A stretch of 64,000 nucleotides of DNA from positions 480,001 through 544,000 of the forward strand of contig CAWGSK010000012.1 in the NCBI GenBank assembly GCA_963825055.1, given 5' to 3'. Positions 30,086 through 42,993 of this stretch are shown here, piece after piece. The translations under genes were made by a program, and so were the position numbers. Each line of letters begins with the position of its first letter. Position 1 is the first letter of the stretch. The notes beneath the pieces were generated by a model. That model ran no database searches. It worked only from the letters and a program-made list of their open reading frames with translations, and was not told the DNA's origin. This stretch comes from an uncultured Gemmatimonadales bacterium. Lineage in GTDB: Bacteria > Gemmatimonadota > Gemmatimonadetes > Gemmatimonadales > GWC2-71-9.

Positions 30086-31135
30086 CTACTGGACCGGGGG
30101 GATACTCGTGACGGTGCTCCCGAACGCGCACTCCCCGAGCGTGATGGTCCCGCTCTCGGTCAGGTCGTCACGGAGGACGTGGGCCTCGCCGGGCTGGCCG
30201 GCCTGGCAGGGGCCCGTGGAAATGGCGTAAATCCGCCCCTGGCTGTCCACGGAAACGTCGGCGTTCCCGGGGATGTCCACCCCGTTCCCCGCCCCGCGGA
30301 CCACCGTGCGCGTCCGGGTGTCGAACTCCATCAGCCCCTCCGTGAATGAGCTGATGAAGAGGCGGTCGTCAGCTCCGACGGCGATGGCCCCCGGCCCGGT
30401 GCCGAAGCCGCCGAAGCTCGCCACCTCCGTGCGGGCCACGGGATCCACGATCGACAGCCGGCCCACCCCGGTGAAGTAGTCGCCGCTGCTCACCACGTAC
30501 AGAAGCCCGTCCGTCCCTTCCGCGGCAAAGCCGGCATTGCCCGGCCCGGGAAGCGGGATGGAATCGATCCCGGTGGCGTGCTGGTTGGTGACCGGATCGA
30601 TCACCGTCACCCAGCTCGGCCCGGCGGGAGCGAAGTTCACCAGGTTGCCGTTCAGCACGAACACGCGTCCGCGGGTGGCGATAATGGCCTGCGGATAGAC
30701 GCCCACGGCCACGCTGGCGGTGTCACCCGACTGGAGGTTGATGCGGGTCACCGTGTTGAGCAGGGGATTGGCGACATAGGCCAGGGTGTCGTTCACAATG
30801 GCGGATCCGGTCGCGCCACCGCCGGCGGGGAGCGGAATGATGCGTACACCAAGGGAGGCCAGGCTGATCACGGCAACGGCATTGTCGGCACCCAGAGGCA
30901 CCAGGGCCGTGCCTCCCCGGGCGGACACCCCGACCGGCGTGGGCGCCGTCCCCCCCAGTGGGAGGGTGACCGCCGCGGCAGGGGCGGCAACCGGCACGAC
31001 GCGAAGCGTCGCCTCGGTGCTGTTGACGACAAGGAGCACCTCCTCCGCTGGCGGGAGTGGGGCCGTCGTCTCGGCGCAGGCCCCGAGGATGGACACGAGG
31101 GCGATGAGGCACGCAGGGCGGAGGAAGGGCGTCAT
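30086..31135 (-). CDS. YncE-like beta-propeller lipoprotein (BtuG-like)
   Basis: Lipobox LGAC; repeats VVNS, YVANP, VGVYP, VTVIDP, LSIVDP; coupled to TonB receptor. Confidence 0.75.
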   Translation of the reverse strand: MTPFLRPACLIALVSILGACAETTAPLPPAEEVLLVVNSTEATLRVVPVAAPAAAVTLPLGGTAPTPVGVSARGGTALVPLGADNAVAVISLASLGVRIIPLPAGGGATGSAIVNDTLAYVANPLLNTVTRINLQSGDTASVAVGVYPQAIIATRGRVFVLNGNLVNFAPAGPSWVTVIDPVTNQHATGIDSIPLPGPGNAGFAAEGTDGLLYVVSSGDYFTGVGRLSIVDPVARTEVASFGGFGTGPGAIAVGADDRLFISSFTEGLMEFDTRTRTVVRGAGNGVDIPGNADVSVDSQGRIYAISTGPCQAGQPGEAHVLRDDLTESGTITLGECAFGSTVTSIPPVQ

Positions 31136-33162
31136 GGCAGGTTCACGGTAAGGGTAAGCGCGGCGGAACGGCCCGGCGTGGGATATCCCGCAATGTAGGT
31201 GGCTCGTTCGTCGAGGAGGTCCTGAACATCGACGCGGAGGGCGGCGTACGACGTTACGCGTCGCTCGAGCCCCCCGTCGAGAAGGTTGATCGGTGGCAAC
31301 GGGTTCTGGCCGGCGCCGTTGGGATACCGGCGCCCGATCCGGTGCCAGCGCAGGTCTATCCGCCAGGATCCGGGCGTCCAGGAGAGGTCCGAGGACACGG
31401 TCGAGCGAGGACGGTACTGCACCTGGGTACCCGAGGGGATATAGGTCACGGGCGTCCAGGTCGCCGTAGCGCCGGCGCTGAGATTCGGACGCGGCTTCGC
31501 ACGGAGTACGATTCCGGCGCCGCCCCGACGGACATCGAAGTTCCTCGGGCTCCACACGAACCTGAAGTCGGGACTCCAGAGGATCATGTCGTCCACCCGG
31601 CCGTACTGCAGGCGGATTGAGCCTTCGACCGGCATGCCGAGCGCGAGGCCGTGCCGGGTGATGCCGGCCTGCACCTCCCACCGCACCCGTTCCGGCCGCA
31701 AGTCAGGATTGAGGGCAACGCCGACCCCTTCCCGGAAGAACAGGTCGGAAAGCGCCGGCGCGGTCACGGCGCTCCCCAGCCCGGCCGACAGGGTCGTCGC
31801 ACTCTTCGTCCACGCAACATCGACCCGACCGCTCGCCACCGGGGAGCCATCGGTCCACCAGTCGAGCCGGAGTGCGGGCGCAACGCTCCACCACGCGTCG
31901 CCGCCCCGGGTGACCGTCGCACTCCAGCCCACAGCGCCGCGATCGAACGACGCCCCCCGGCGGACACCGTCGCCCCGATAGGCATCGTGGCGGGCCTCGA
32001 GAGAAAGCCGCGCGCTGCCGCTCCACCTTCCGAGCGCAACGCGATGTGGAAGGATGATTGCGCCCCGGAGACCAAGACCCTCCGTGGCAGCATCGTACGC
32101 CGGACCGGACGGTGGCATGGGATCGCGCGCCCGCGTCCTGAGCCACTCCAGTGATCCCTCTCCTTCCAGATGCCTGCCGCCGCGCCCGCCGACAAACAGG
32201 GACCGGTCACTGGCCCTCGCGCGGGGGGTCGGATTGGTCACGATACCGGGGATGCCCCGGTCTGAAGCGGTGGCCCGCACCGTGGCGGTGAACCCGCCGC
32301 GCCATCCTCCGTGGAGGGACCAGCGGCTTCCATCGCTGTTGATCCGATCGGCTTCGCCACTGCCGCGCACGGCCGGCACGTCGTACCCGAAACCGTCAGC
32401 GAAGGTCTCCCGGCGGAGCACGAGGGTCCCGCGGCCCATCGTAGCCGCGAGGCGGGCTGCCCCTGCCCCATGCGGTCCCACCGTGACCGCCGCTTCCGGC
32501 GCGATATCCTGGCGGGTTTCGACGCGGAGTACGCCCGCGATGGCGCGGGAGCCTTCACGGGCCCCCTGCGCGCCGGGCTCGAGGGTCACCCGGGCTACGT
32601 CGCCGGTCGAGAGGGAGCCCAGGTCGGCGCGCCCGGTGAGGGGATCGTTGGCCGGAAAGCCGTCGATGAGCACCAGCAGTTCATCAGGGGAACCGCCACC
32701 GAGTTGCGGCGTTGCGGGGCCCCCCGAACCCGATCGCCTGACCACCAGCCCAGCCCACCCGTCCAGCGCCCGTCCAAGATCCCCTCCCCGGCCCCGGAGC
32801 TGGTCGCCCGAGATCGCGAGAGCTGGCGCCTCGGGCTGCACAGTCACGGAATCGAGCAGCCATGTTGTGGGCATGAGGGCAATTGCCACCCGGGAATCCA
32901 TCCCGGGCACCAGGTCGAGCCAGCGGCGGTCCGGCGCGTATCCGGGAGCGCGGACCACGATCTCCACCCGACCGGCGGGCAAGCCGCCAAACCGGAAACT
33001 GCCGTCCACATCGCTCGTCGCGGTCCGTTCACCGAGCCGGATCTCCGCATCAGTGATCGCGGCGCCGGTCTCGCCGTTGCGCACGACACCGCTCACCATG
33101 ACCGGCGACTGGGCCGCGGCCACACCGGCCCAGACCATCGCGAACAGGGGGAACCACCTCAC
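31132..33162 (-). CDS. btuB: TonB-dependent receptor, probable cobalamin transporter
   Basis: Signal peptide, carboxypeptidase-regulatory-like N-domain, LVLIDG plug, NPDLRPE, YPTPGRS; in riboswitch operon. Confidence 0.8.
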   Translation of the reverse strand: MRWFPLFAMVWAGVAAAQSPVMVSGVVRNGETGAAITDAEIRLGERTATSDVDGSFRFGGLPAGRVEIVVRAPGYAPDRRWLDLVPGMDSRVAIALMPTTWLLDSVTVQPEAPALAISGDQLRGRGGDLGRALDGWAGLVVRRSGSGGPATPQLGGGSPDELLVLIDGFPANDPLTGRADLGSLSTGDVARVTLEPGAQGAREGSRAIAGVLRVETRQDIAPEAAVTVGPHGAGAARLAATMGRGTLVLRRETFADGFGYDVPAVRGSGEADRINSDGSRWSLHGGWRGGFTATVRATASDRGIPGIVTNPTPRARASDRSLFVGGRGGRHLEGEGSLEWLRTRARDPMPPSGPAYDAATEGLGLRGAIILPHRVALGRWSGSARLSLEARHDAYRGDGVRRGASFDRGAVGWSATVTRGGDAWWSVAPALRLDWWTDGSPVASGRVDVAWTKSATTLSAGLGSAVTAPALSDLFFREGVGVALNPDLRPERVRWEVQAGITRHGLALGMPVEGSIRLQYGRVDDMILWSPDFRFVWSPRNFDVRRGGAGIVLRAKPRPNLSAGATATWTPVTYIPSGTQVQYRPRSTVSSDLSWTPGSWRIDLRWHRIGRRYPNGAGQNPLPPINLLDGGLERRVTSYAALRVDVQDLLDERATYIAGYPTPGRSAALTLTVNLP

Positions 33163-33950
33163 CTGCCGTCCTCGCCGGGCCGCAGCGGAGTCACCTGGGG
33201 GCTGCCGTCAGTCCAGGACTCGACCTTCACCGGCCAGCCGAAGACCCGCTCCATGGTAGCCTTCTGGAGCACCTCGACCGGCGGTCCCGCCGCCGCGAGT
33301 CTGCCTTCCGCGAGAAGCAGCATCCGATCCGCATAGCGGGCGGCCAGGTTCAGGTGGTGCGTCACCAGCAGCGCGCCCAGGCCTTCATCGGCGAGGCCAC
33401 GGACGAGTTCCAGCACCTCCATTTCATGCCGGACATCCAGCGCGGTCGTCGGCTCGTCAAGGAAGAGCACCTTGGGCGTCTGGGCCAGGGCGCGCGCCAC
33501 GCGCACCCGCTGCCATTCGCCGCCGGAGAGGGTGTCGATGGCCCGGTCGCGAAGCTCCCAGACATCGCATCGCCGCAGGGCATGTTCCACGGTCTCGCGA
33601 TCAGTCCGGCCAAGCGGCGCCACCGGCCCGGCATGAGCGTAGCGGCCAAGCATGACCGCCTCGCGCACGAGGAGCGGATAGAACACGGTCTCACGCTGGG
33701 CCACCACGCCCACCGTCCGCGCCAGGTCCCGGCGGGGCCAGGCACCGACCGGCCGGCCGAGGATGCGCGCTTCCCCCGACTCGAGCGACTGGGTGCCGAG
33801 GAGGGCCCGGAGCAGTGTGGTCTTTCCGCAGCCGTTGGGGCCTACCACAGCGAGCAGCTCACCCGCGGAGAGCGTGCACGACACGCCCACCAGCGCCGGA
33901 CTGGCCGCGCGTGGATACCGCACCGTGAGTTCCCGCGCCGCGACGATCAC
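33159..33950 (-). CDS. btuD: Cobalamin/Fe-chelate ABC transporter ATP-binding protein
   Basis: GPNGCGKTT, LSGGEWQRV, LDEPT, THHLNLA. Confidence 0.85.
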   Translation of the reverse strand: MIVAARELTVRYPRAASPALVGVSCTLSAGELLAVVGPNGCGKTTLLRALLGTQSLESGEARILGRPVGAWPRRDLARTVGVVAQRETVFYPLLVREAVMLGRYAHAGPVAPLGRTDRETVEHALRRCDVWELRDRAIDTLSGGEWQRVRVARALAQTPKVLFLDEPTTALDVRHEMEVLELVRGLADEGLGALLVTHHLNLAARYADRMLLLAEGRLAAAGPPVEVLQKATMERVFGWPVKVESWTDGSPQVTPLRPGEDGR

Positions 33951-34924
33951 GTAACCGTGCGGCGCAGGAGTACGGCAAAGAGGGGCACGCCGACCAGCGC
34001 CGTGACCACGCCGACTGGCAGCTCCACCGGACGCACAACGGTCCGGGCGACGGCATCAGCGAGCACGAGGAAGGCGCCTCCTGCCACGAAACTGAGCGGG
34101 AGCAGCGAGCGGTGGAGCGGGCCGGAGATCCGGCGCACGGCGTGCGGGACTACGAGCCCGATGAACCCGATGATCCCGCAGGCCGCCACGCCCGCCGCCG
34201 TGAGCAGCGCGGTGGCTGTGTAAATGATGCGCTTGGTCCGCTCCACCTCGGTGCCGAGGTGCTGGGCCGTTTCCTCGCCGAGGACGAGCAGGTCAAGCGG
34301 CCGGGCGTGATAGAGGATGAGCCCGGCGGGAATGATCGCATAGAGGAGGAAGATGCCGGTCGCGGGCCATGACGCCGCGCCCAGTCCGCCGAGGAGCCAG
34401 AGGAAGGCGTTCCGGAGTTTGTCCGCGTCCGACAGCACGATGATCGCGCTCATCAGCGCGCCGGCGAACGCGCCGGTGACCACGCCGGCCAGGAGCAGGA
34501 TACGGGGGTCGAGGCGTCCGCCCGGTACGACGCCCAGGCGGTATACGAGGGCAATCGCCAGCAGGGCGCCGGCAAACGCCGCGATCGGAATGGCCCACGG
34601 GCCGCCGAGCCCGAGCGCGATGGCCACCACGGACCCGAGGCCGGCCCCGCCGGAGAGCCCGAGGAGGAACGGGTCGGCCAGCGGGTTTCGGATCAGGGCC
34701 TGGAGGGCGGCGCCGCAGAGGCCGAGGCTCCCCCCAACCAGGAACCCGAGGAGAACGCGCGGCGCGCGGATTCGGCGGACGATAACGGCCGCGGGCGCGG
34801 ACGGGTCGGTCAGTCCGGCGATCACCTCTCCCACGCTGAGCGGGACCGATCCCACCAGGACGGCCCCGATCATGATGACGACCGTTCCTGCGCCGAGGAC
34901 GAACGACAGCCGGACGCTCTTCAC
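33947..34924 (-). CDS. btuC: Cobalamin/FecCD ABC transporter permease
   Basis: IRAPRV, RNPLADPFLLGLSGGA, LGEETAQHLG, IGFIGLVVPH, ELPVGVVT. Confidence 0.87.
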   Translation of the reverse strand: MKSVRLSFVLGAGTVVIMIGAVLVGSVPLSVGEVIAGLTDPSAPAAVIVRRIRAPRVLLGFLVGGSLGLCGAALQALIRNPLADPFLLGLSGGAGLGSVVAIALGLGGPWAIPIAAFAGALLAIALVYRLGVVPGGRLDPRILLLAGVVTGAFAGALMSAIIVLSDADKLRNAFLWLLGGLGAASWPATGIFLLYAIIPAGLILYHARPLDLLVLGEETAQHLGTEVERTKRIIYTATALLTAAGVAACGIIGFIGLVVPHAVRRISGPLHRSLLPLSFVAGGAFLVLADAVARTVVRPVELPVGVVTALVGVPLFAVLLRRTVT

Positions 34925-35805
34925 TCGCGGCTCCCGATTTGCTGCCGCAGCTCGCGGATCGCTTCCGGTGCGCGCGGGCTGGGCCGGCTGAAGGCGGAAC
35001 TGGTTACGTGCACGAAACGCCGTTCCCGGACGGCGGGCACGGCCTGCCACACCGGGCGCGAGGCGAACGCGGGCAGTCCCTCGGCGGACGTAAGAATGAG
35101 GTCGGGATTGCGGTCTACCACCGATTCCACGCTGACCTGCGCGGACGAGGCAGGCAGGTCGCCGAAAATGTTGCGTCCTCCGGCGCGTTCCACCAGCTCG
35201 CTCAGGAAACTGCCGGCCCCCACGGTCATGGGAGGCTCATCCCAAACGAGAATGAGGATGCCCGGTCCCTCCCCGTCGCGCGCCACCGATGCCGCTGCAA
35301 GCGCGCTGTCGAATACGGCGACGAGCGAGTCGGCGGCCGCCTCGCGGCCGGTCAGGACACCCAGGACGCGGGCCATTCTCGGCACGTCGGCCAGACGGTC
35401 GGTGGAAAGCTGCACGACGGGAATGCCAAGGTCGGAGAGGCGGCGGGCGGCCTGTGCGTTGGCAGTCGAGTGGTAGAGGACGACGAGATCGGGGTGGAGC
35501 CCGAGCACCGCCTCCAGGTTGGGCTGGATCCCGTCGCCGGCACTGGGAACATCCAGGGCGGCGGCGGGATAGTCATCCCACGCGCTCCGCCCGGCGACCA
35601 GGCTGTCCGCCCCGATGGCGAACAGCATCTCGGTCGTGGCGGGGATGAGTGAGACGATGCGGGTGGCGGGAGCGGCCAGCCGGAGGGTATCGCCGGCGTC
35701 GTCCACGACGACGCGGGCGCCCTGCCCCTGGTCCGAGGGTGCGCAGGACGCGACCAGGGCCAGGAGACATCCGCACAGGAGACGAGCCGGTGTCCGCATA
35801 CGCAT
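34921..35805 (-). CDS. btuF: Cobalamin-binding lipoprotein (start may be 35799 or 35814)
   Basis: Lipobox VASC; RIVSLIPATTEMLFAIG, PNLEAVL, AGGRNIF, SRPSPR. Confidence 0.85.
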   Translation of the reverse strand: MRMRTPARLLCGCLLALVASCAPSDQGQGARVVVDDAGDTLRLAAPATRIVSLIPATTEMLFAIGADSLVAGRSAWDDYPAAALDVPSAGDGIQPNLEAVLGLHPDLVVLYHSTANAQAARRLSDLGIPVVQLSTDRLADVPRMARVLGVLTGREAAADSLVAVFDSALAAASVARDGEGPGILILVWDEPPMTVGAGSFLSELVERAGGRNIFGDLPASSAQVSVESVVDRNPDLILTSAEGLPAFASRPVWQAVPAVRERRFVHVTSSAFSRPSPRAPEAIRELRQQIGSRE

Positions 35806-35806
35806 A

Positions 35807-35839
35807 CCGCCCATCCCCGGGCTGGACGGAGATGGGCGG
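35807..35839 (-). promoter_or_regulatory. RBS-sequestering hairpin (riboswitch expression platform)
   Basis: CCGCCCATCTCCG-N7-CGGGGATGGGCGG, 13 bp, buries GGGGA just before btuF start. Confidence 0.6.
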
Positions 35840-35898
35840 AGAAGGCCGGAAACGGCGAGCTCACGCCACCTTCCCTCCCCCGAGGGGTTACCGGTGGC

Positions 35899-36038
35899 GC
35901 GAACGTGGAGGTCTCCTGGCTCCGGGCTCTCTCCGCTCGCCTTCCCGGTTTCCCAGTGGCATCGTGAGCGGGGTCAACACCCGTTACAGTGGCGGGGCCG
36001 CGCCGGACTTGCACCGGCTTCCGAGCATCCGCGTTCGC
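35899..36038 (-). ncRNA. Cobalamin riboswitch
   Basis: GGAAGCCGGTGCAAGTCCGGCGCGGCCCCGCCACTGTAA...GCCACTGGGAAACCGGGAAGGC...GAGCCAGGAGACC (B12 box); P1 GCGAACG/CGTTCGC. Confidence 0.93.
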
Positions 36039-36099
36039 TTGCTTGACTGCGGGAGGAGTTTACGCCGCGGGACGGCCCGGCGCAAGCCGGGCCGTGCCC

Positions 36100-37155
36100 T
36101 CAAGCGGGAGCGGGAGGATTTCCTGGTCGGCCGCGCAGGAGCCAGAGCATGGCGCCGAGGAGAACCGCGCCCAGCGCCGCGACGAGGGCGGGGAGCACCC
36201 ATGAAGGGGCCGGGCCGGCCCCGCCCCCCGCAGGGAACGTCACTTCCAGTGTGGTCCCCGGCCCGGGCGCGCCGGTCCACCGGGTGAACGACGTGCCGGC
36301 TATGACCTGGCTGTCGGCCGGCGCCAGGCCCCTGACCCTGACCCCGGCTTCCTCGGCCAGGAGCGTCACCGCGTTGATACTGTCCGCAATGGGGATCCGG
36401 AAGGGGGACAAATCCGGAGGAACCATGTACTGGATGACGACCTGTTTTTCGCCGGGGGCGATCGGGGCGAACACGAGTGCGCTGTCGTCCCGGATGCTGA
36501 TGGCATCTGGCGAGAAATCGGCGTCCCCCACGGTCGCGCCCAGAACGCCGGGCGGGAGCGCCATGCCCCACGCCGCCGTGACCGTGTCGCGGCCGACCCG
36601 GGTCATCGTGCCGGAGTTGCGGAGTACGACGATATCCAGCGCCTCGCGGGCTCCGTCCACGTCGGGAGCGCGGAGCACGACATGGCGTGTGCTCGCGGAC
36701 ACCGGCTCCGTGCTGCTCGTGTCGCTGACGATCAGTGCGAGCGTCGGTGCGGTCGATTCGATGTCGATGGGATCGGAGAAGTAGGCGATCCCGTCGAAGC
36801 GGGCGCTGACGAGGTATACGGCGAGCGTATCCGGCCTGAACCGGAAGCGGAAACGACCGGCGGCATCGGTGCGGGTGGAATCGCGGGGCCCCTGCTTTTC
36901 CACGCCCACCTCGTGCAGGACTACCTCAATTCCGGGCACGCCGATGGAATCGGTGGGAGTGGCCCGGAGCACCTGCCCGGTGGCCGTGAGGGGCGACTGG
37001 GCGGCGAGCGCGGCCGGCAGCAGCGCCGCGCAAAGGGCGAGCGGGAGGCTACGGATTGAAACGGCCGAAGTCCTGCGGGTCCATCCGCTGCAGGTAGTCC
37101 TTGAGCCGCTGCGCTTCCTGGTCCGGGTCGTCACCGCCCTCGGGCTCCTCGACAC
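36100..37155 (-). CDS. Hypothetical secreted protein with C-terminal TM anchor (start uncertain)
   Basis: Signal-like LPLALCAALLPAALAA, TDAAGRFRF beta-sandwich, C-terminal hydrophobic helix. Confidence 0.65.
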   Translation of the reverse strand: MSRSPRAVTTRTRKRSGSRTTCSGWTRRTSAVSIRSLPLALCAALLPAALAAQSPLTATGQVLRATPTDSIGVPGIEVVLHEVGVEKQGPRDSTRTDAAGRFRFRFRPDTLAVYLVSARFDGIAYFSDPIDIESTAPTLALIVSDTSSTEPVSASTRHVVLRAPDVDGAREALDIVVLRNSGTMTRVGRDTVTAAWGMALPPGVLGATVGDADFSPDAISIRDDSALVFAPIAPGEKQVVIQYMVPPDLSPFRIPIADSINAVTLLAEEAGVRVRGLAPADSQVIAGTSFTRWTGAPGPGTTLEVTFPAGGGAGPAPSWVLPALVAALGAVLLGAMLWLLRGRPGNPPAPA

Positions 37156-37540
37156 TGCGCTCGTCGAGCAGGTCGTCGCTGGTATAGATGGGAGCGTGCA
37201 GGCGGAGCGCGAGCGCGATGCTGTCCGACGGCCGGGCGTCGAGCTGGAACAATTCCTCGTCCCGGCTCACGAGCAGCTCGGCAAAATAGGTGTTGTCCTT
37301 GACCTGGCTGATCACGACCCGGCGCAGCTGCGCCCCGAGCCCGACGACGAGCTGCTTGAGCAGGTCATGCGTCATCGGCCGGGGCGCCTTCACTCCCTGA
37401 ATGACCATCGCGATCGCGCTTGCCTCGGCCGGACCGATCCAGATGGGGAGGACGCGACTGCCATCCTTCTCCCGGAGAATCACGACCGGCGTATTGGTGG
37501 ACCGGTCGAGGCCGAGGTGCGCGACCGTAACCTCGATCAT
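37049..37540 (-). CDS. Bifunctional nuclease family protein (DUF151)
   Basis: LPIWIGPAEA, PRPMTHDLL, DARPSDSIALA. Confidence 0.92.
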   Translation of the reverse strand: MIEVTVAHLGLDRSTNTPVVILREKDGSRVLPIWIGPAEASAIAMVIQGVKAPRPMTHDLLKQLVVGLGAQLRRVVISQVKDNTYFAELLVSRDEELFQLDARPSDSIALALRLHAPIYTSDDLLDERSVEEPEGGDDPDQEAQRLKDYLQRMDPQDFGRFNP

Positions 37541-37543
37541 GGC

Positions 37544-40128
<2,585 letters not shown>

Positions 40129-40175
40129 GCGTGGCAGGTCCCCGGGGAAAGTCGCGTTGGGGACGCGCCCCGGTG

Positions 40176-42002
40176 TCAGCCCGGGGGCGTCGGGTCGTGA
40201 GGCAAGGTAGCCGGGGCCGACGGCGGCGGCAACATCGTAAACGGTGTCAGGAAGCGAGGATCGACGTGTTCGCGCACCACCGCGAAGACGGCCTCCCGGA
40301 CCCCTGGCGCCGAGGTCGCGCGGAGGGCCACGTCCGCGGCCTCGCGCGAGGCCGCGAGGGGCACGTTGCGGACGACCCAGTTGACCACGGGGAGGTCCTG
40401 GGGCGCGACGCTGAGGGACGTGTACCCCAGTCCCATGAGCAGCACGGCAGATAGGGGATCCGAGGCCATTTCCCCGCAGACGCTGGCCGGGATCTCCCGC
40501 GAACGGGCGACCTCGATCACCGTCCGGAGCTGCCGGACGACGGCGGGGTGGTGTACCTCGAACAGGGCCGAGAGACGGGCGTTCCCGCGGTCCACGGCGA
40601 GGGTGTACTGGGTCAGGTCGTTCGTCCCGACGCTGAAGAAGTCGCTGACGGACGCCAGCTGGTCGGCCAGGATGACCGCCGCGGGCGTCTCCACCATCAC
40701 GCCGACGGGGATGCTGTCCGCGGCGCGAATCCCCTCGCGCCGGAGCGCCGCCGCTTCCTCCCGCATGAGGGCGCGGCTTTCCTCCACCTCGCTCACCGAC
40801 GTCACCAGCGGCAGCATGAGCCAGAGGTCCCGATCCACCGCGGCGCGCAGCACCGCGCGCAGTTGCGGGCGGAAGATCTCAGGGCGGTCGAGGCACACCC
40901 GGATCGAGCGCCAGCCGAGGAACGGGTTGGCTTCAGCCGGGGCCTGGAAGGCCGTCGGGAACTTGTCTCCACCCAGGTCGAAGGAGCGGATGATCACCGG
41001 CCATTCCTGGAAGGCCACCGCCAGCCGGCGGAAATAGACATACTGTTCCTCCTCGCTCGGCAGGGTTGTGCGGCCCGTCACCAGGAATTCGGTGCGGACG
41101 AGCCCGACCCCCTGCGCGCCGTGCTGCTGCGCCGCGGAGATCTCCTCGGGAAGATCGACGTTGCCCATGAGGGCGATGTGATGGCCGTCCGGTGTGACCG
41201 ATGGCTGGTTGGCGTGCGCCTCGAGCTCGAACCCGAAGCGGTGCCGGCGGATCACCATCGCCTGGGCATCCTCGCGCTCCGACGCGGTCGGGTCCAGCAG
41301 GACCTCCCCGGTGCGCCCGTCGAGAAGGACCATGGTGCCGGTCTGGATCCGGTCGAGTGCGCCAACGGCTCCCATGACCGCGGGGATACCGAGTGAGTGC
41401 GCCAGAATGGCGGCGTGGCTTGTTCGGGTACCCTCCTCGCTCACCAGGCCGACGATCCGGTCCCGGTCAAGCTGCACGGTGAGTCCCGGCGCGATCTCAT
41501 GTGCCACGACGATGGCCTGGTGCTCCGAGGACAGCGCCCAGAGGTCCTCGTCGGCGCGCCCGAGGAGGTGGTTCAACATCCGGTACTGAATCGCCTTCAG
41601 GTCGGTCAGGCGCTCGCGCAACTGCTCGCTTGGTGAGTTTCCCCAGAGGTTCCGGCTCTCCAGCGCCTTGAACTCGAACGCGCTTTCCGCACTCAGCTGG
41701 TTCTTGCGGATCAGCAGTTCCACCTCCCGGATGAAGTCGGGATCCTGCGCCAGCAGGATCTGCGCGTCAAAGATCCCGGACTCCTCGTCACCGGCCCGCT
41801 GCCGCACCCGCTCGCGCAATTGGGCCAGGCCATCGGTCACCGCCTGGACCGCTGCGTGCAGGCGGGCGATCTCGTGGTCCACCTCCCCCGGCGTGACCGT
41901 GCGGTCCGGCACGTTGGGAATATCCCAGCGCACCACGATCGCCCGGGCGTACGCCACGCCCGGCGAGACGCCCACGCCGCGCAGGAACCGGTCGTCGTTC
42001 AT
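40176..42002 (-). CDS. ptsI: PEP-protein phosphotransferase (Enzyme I)
   Basis: TSHAAILA phospho-His, [37 protein letters not shown]. Confidence 0.94.
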   Translation of the reverse strand: MNDDRFLRGVGVSPGVAYARAIVVRWDIPNVPDRTVTPGEVDHEIARLHAAVQAVTDGLAQLRERVRQRAGDEESGIFDAQILLAQDPDFIREVELLIRKNQLSAESAFEFKALESRNLWGNSPSEQLRERLTDLKAIQYRMLNHLLGRADEDLWALSSEHQAIVVAHEIAPGLTVQLDRDRIVGLVSEEGTRTSHAAILAHSLGIPAVMGAVGALDRIQTGTMVLLDGRTGEVLLDPTASEREDAQAMVIRRHRFGFELEAHANQPSVTPDGHHIALMGNVDLPEEISAAQQHGAQGVGLVRTEFLVTGRTTLPSEEEQYVYFRRLAVAFQEWPVIIRSFDLGGDKFPTAFQAPAEANPFLGWRSIRVCLDRPEIFRPQLRAVLRAAVDRDLWLMLPLVTSVSEVEESRALMREEAAALRREGIRAADSIPVGVMVETPAAVILADQLASVSDFFSVGTNDLTQYTLAVDRGNARLSALFEVHHPAVVRQLRTVIEVARSREIPASVCGEMASDPLSAVLLMGLGYTSLSVAPQDLPVVNWVVRNVPLAASREAADVALRATSAPGVREAVFAVVREHVDPRFLTPFTMLPPPSAPATLPHDPTPPG

Positions 42003-42274
42003 GACTCGCCGAACCCGTCCGCCACCAGGCCCGCGAGCGCGTCGACGGCCGCCCCGGCGTCCTCGCCGGTCGCCCGGATGATGATGGTGCTGCCGCACTC
42101 CGCGGCCAGCATCATCACGCCCATGATGCTCTTGCCGTTGACCATGAGCTGGGCGTTCCCGATCTCGACGTGCGAGTCGAACTCGCTCGCCCGTCGTACG
42201 AGTTGCGCCGCCGGCCGGGCATGGAGCCCGAGCGGGTTCACGACGCGGACTTCGCGGCTTACCGAATCGCCCAT
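41999..42274 (-). CDS. ptsH: Phosphocarrier protein HPr
   Basis: NPLGLHARPAA (His15), NGKSIMGVMML (Ser46). Confidence 0.94.
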   Translation of the reverse strand: MGDSVSREVRVVNPLGLHARPAAQLVRRASEFDSHVEIGNAQLMVNGKSIMGVMMLAAECGSTIIIRATGEDAGAAVDALAGLVADGFGES

Positions 42275-42993
42275 TGCCAGGCCAGGATCAGGAATAGGAG
42301 AAGGAGCCCATAGCGCGCCGGGGACAGCCGGGAGCGCGGGATGAAGGAAACCGCCACGCCGATGCAGGCCAACGCGAGCAGGATCAGGGGGGCCTGGAGG
42401 CGGCCCGCCCCGAGCAGCCAGTGGATCGTCACGGGGATCGCCACCCCCACCATGAACGCCGCGGCGCGACCGGCCCGCCGGGCAGCGATAGGAAGCCAGG
42501 AGCCGGTAATGACCGCCCCCACCCGGGTACCGGTGGCGAGTCCGGTGCGCAACGCCCACCACGCCGTGATGATGCGGGTCACGTTGTACACCACCAGGAA
42601 GGCTGCCACGGCCCAGATGCCGGCCCCGAACGCCACGGCGACCAGCATTGCCGCCGAGAGTGCCGGGAGCACGCCCGCCCAGAAGAGCTGGTCGCCGAGG
42701 GCCCCCAGCGGACTGCAGAGTGCCGTGCGCAGCCGTTCGATCTGTGTGCCGGGCACATGATCGTACTCTGCCCGCACGGAGGCACCGAGGGCGAGTCCGG
42801 CCAGGTACGGGTGGCAGTTGAAGAACGCGGCGCTCCGGGCAACCGCCTCGCGGTAGCGCTCCGGATCTTCACGCTCGAGATCAGCGAGCAATGGCTCCGC
42901 CGAATACCCCATCCCGAGGCCGAGCATCCGCTCGTAGTTCCAGGCGCCCTGCACCGAGAACAGTCGCCAGTAGGCGCTCAGTGTCCCCTTCAC
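42259..42993 (-). CDS. PTS mannose-family IID component
   Basis: QGAWNYERMLGLG, FFNCHPY, PLGALGDQLFW. Confidence 0.9.
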   Translation of the reverse strand: MKGTLSAYWRLFSVQGAWNYERMLGLGMGYSAEPLLADLEREDPERYREAVARSAAFFNCHPYLAGLALGASVRAEYDHVPGTQIERLRTALCSPLGALGDQLFWAGVLPALSAAMLVAVAFGAGIWAVAAFLVVYNVTRIITAWWALRTGLATGTRVGAVITGSWLPIAARRAGRAAAFMVGVAIPVTIHWLLGAGRLQAPLILLALACIGVAVSFIPRSRLSPARYGLLLLFLILAWQWAIR

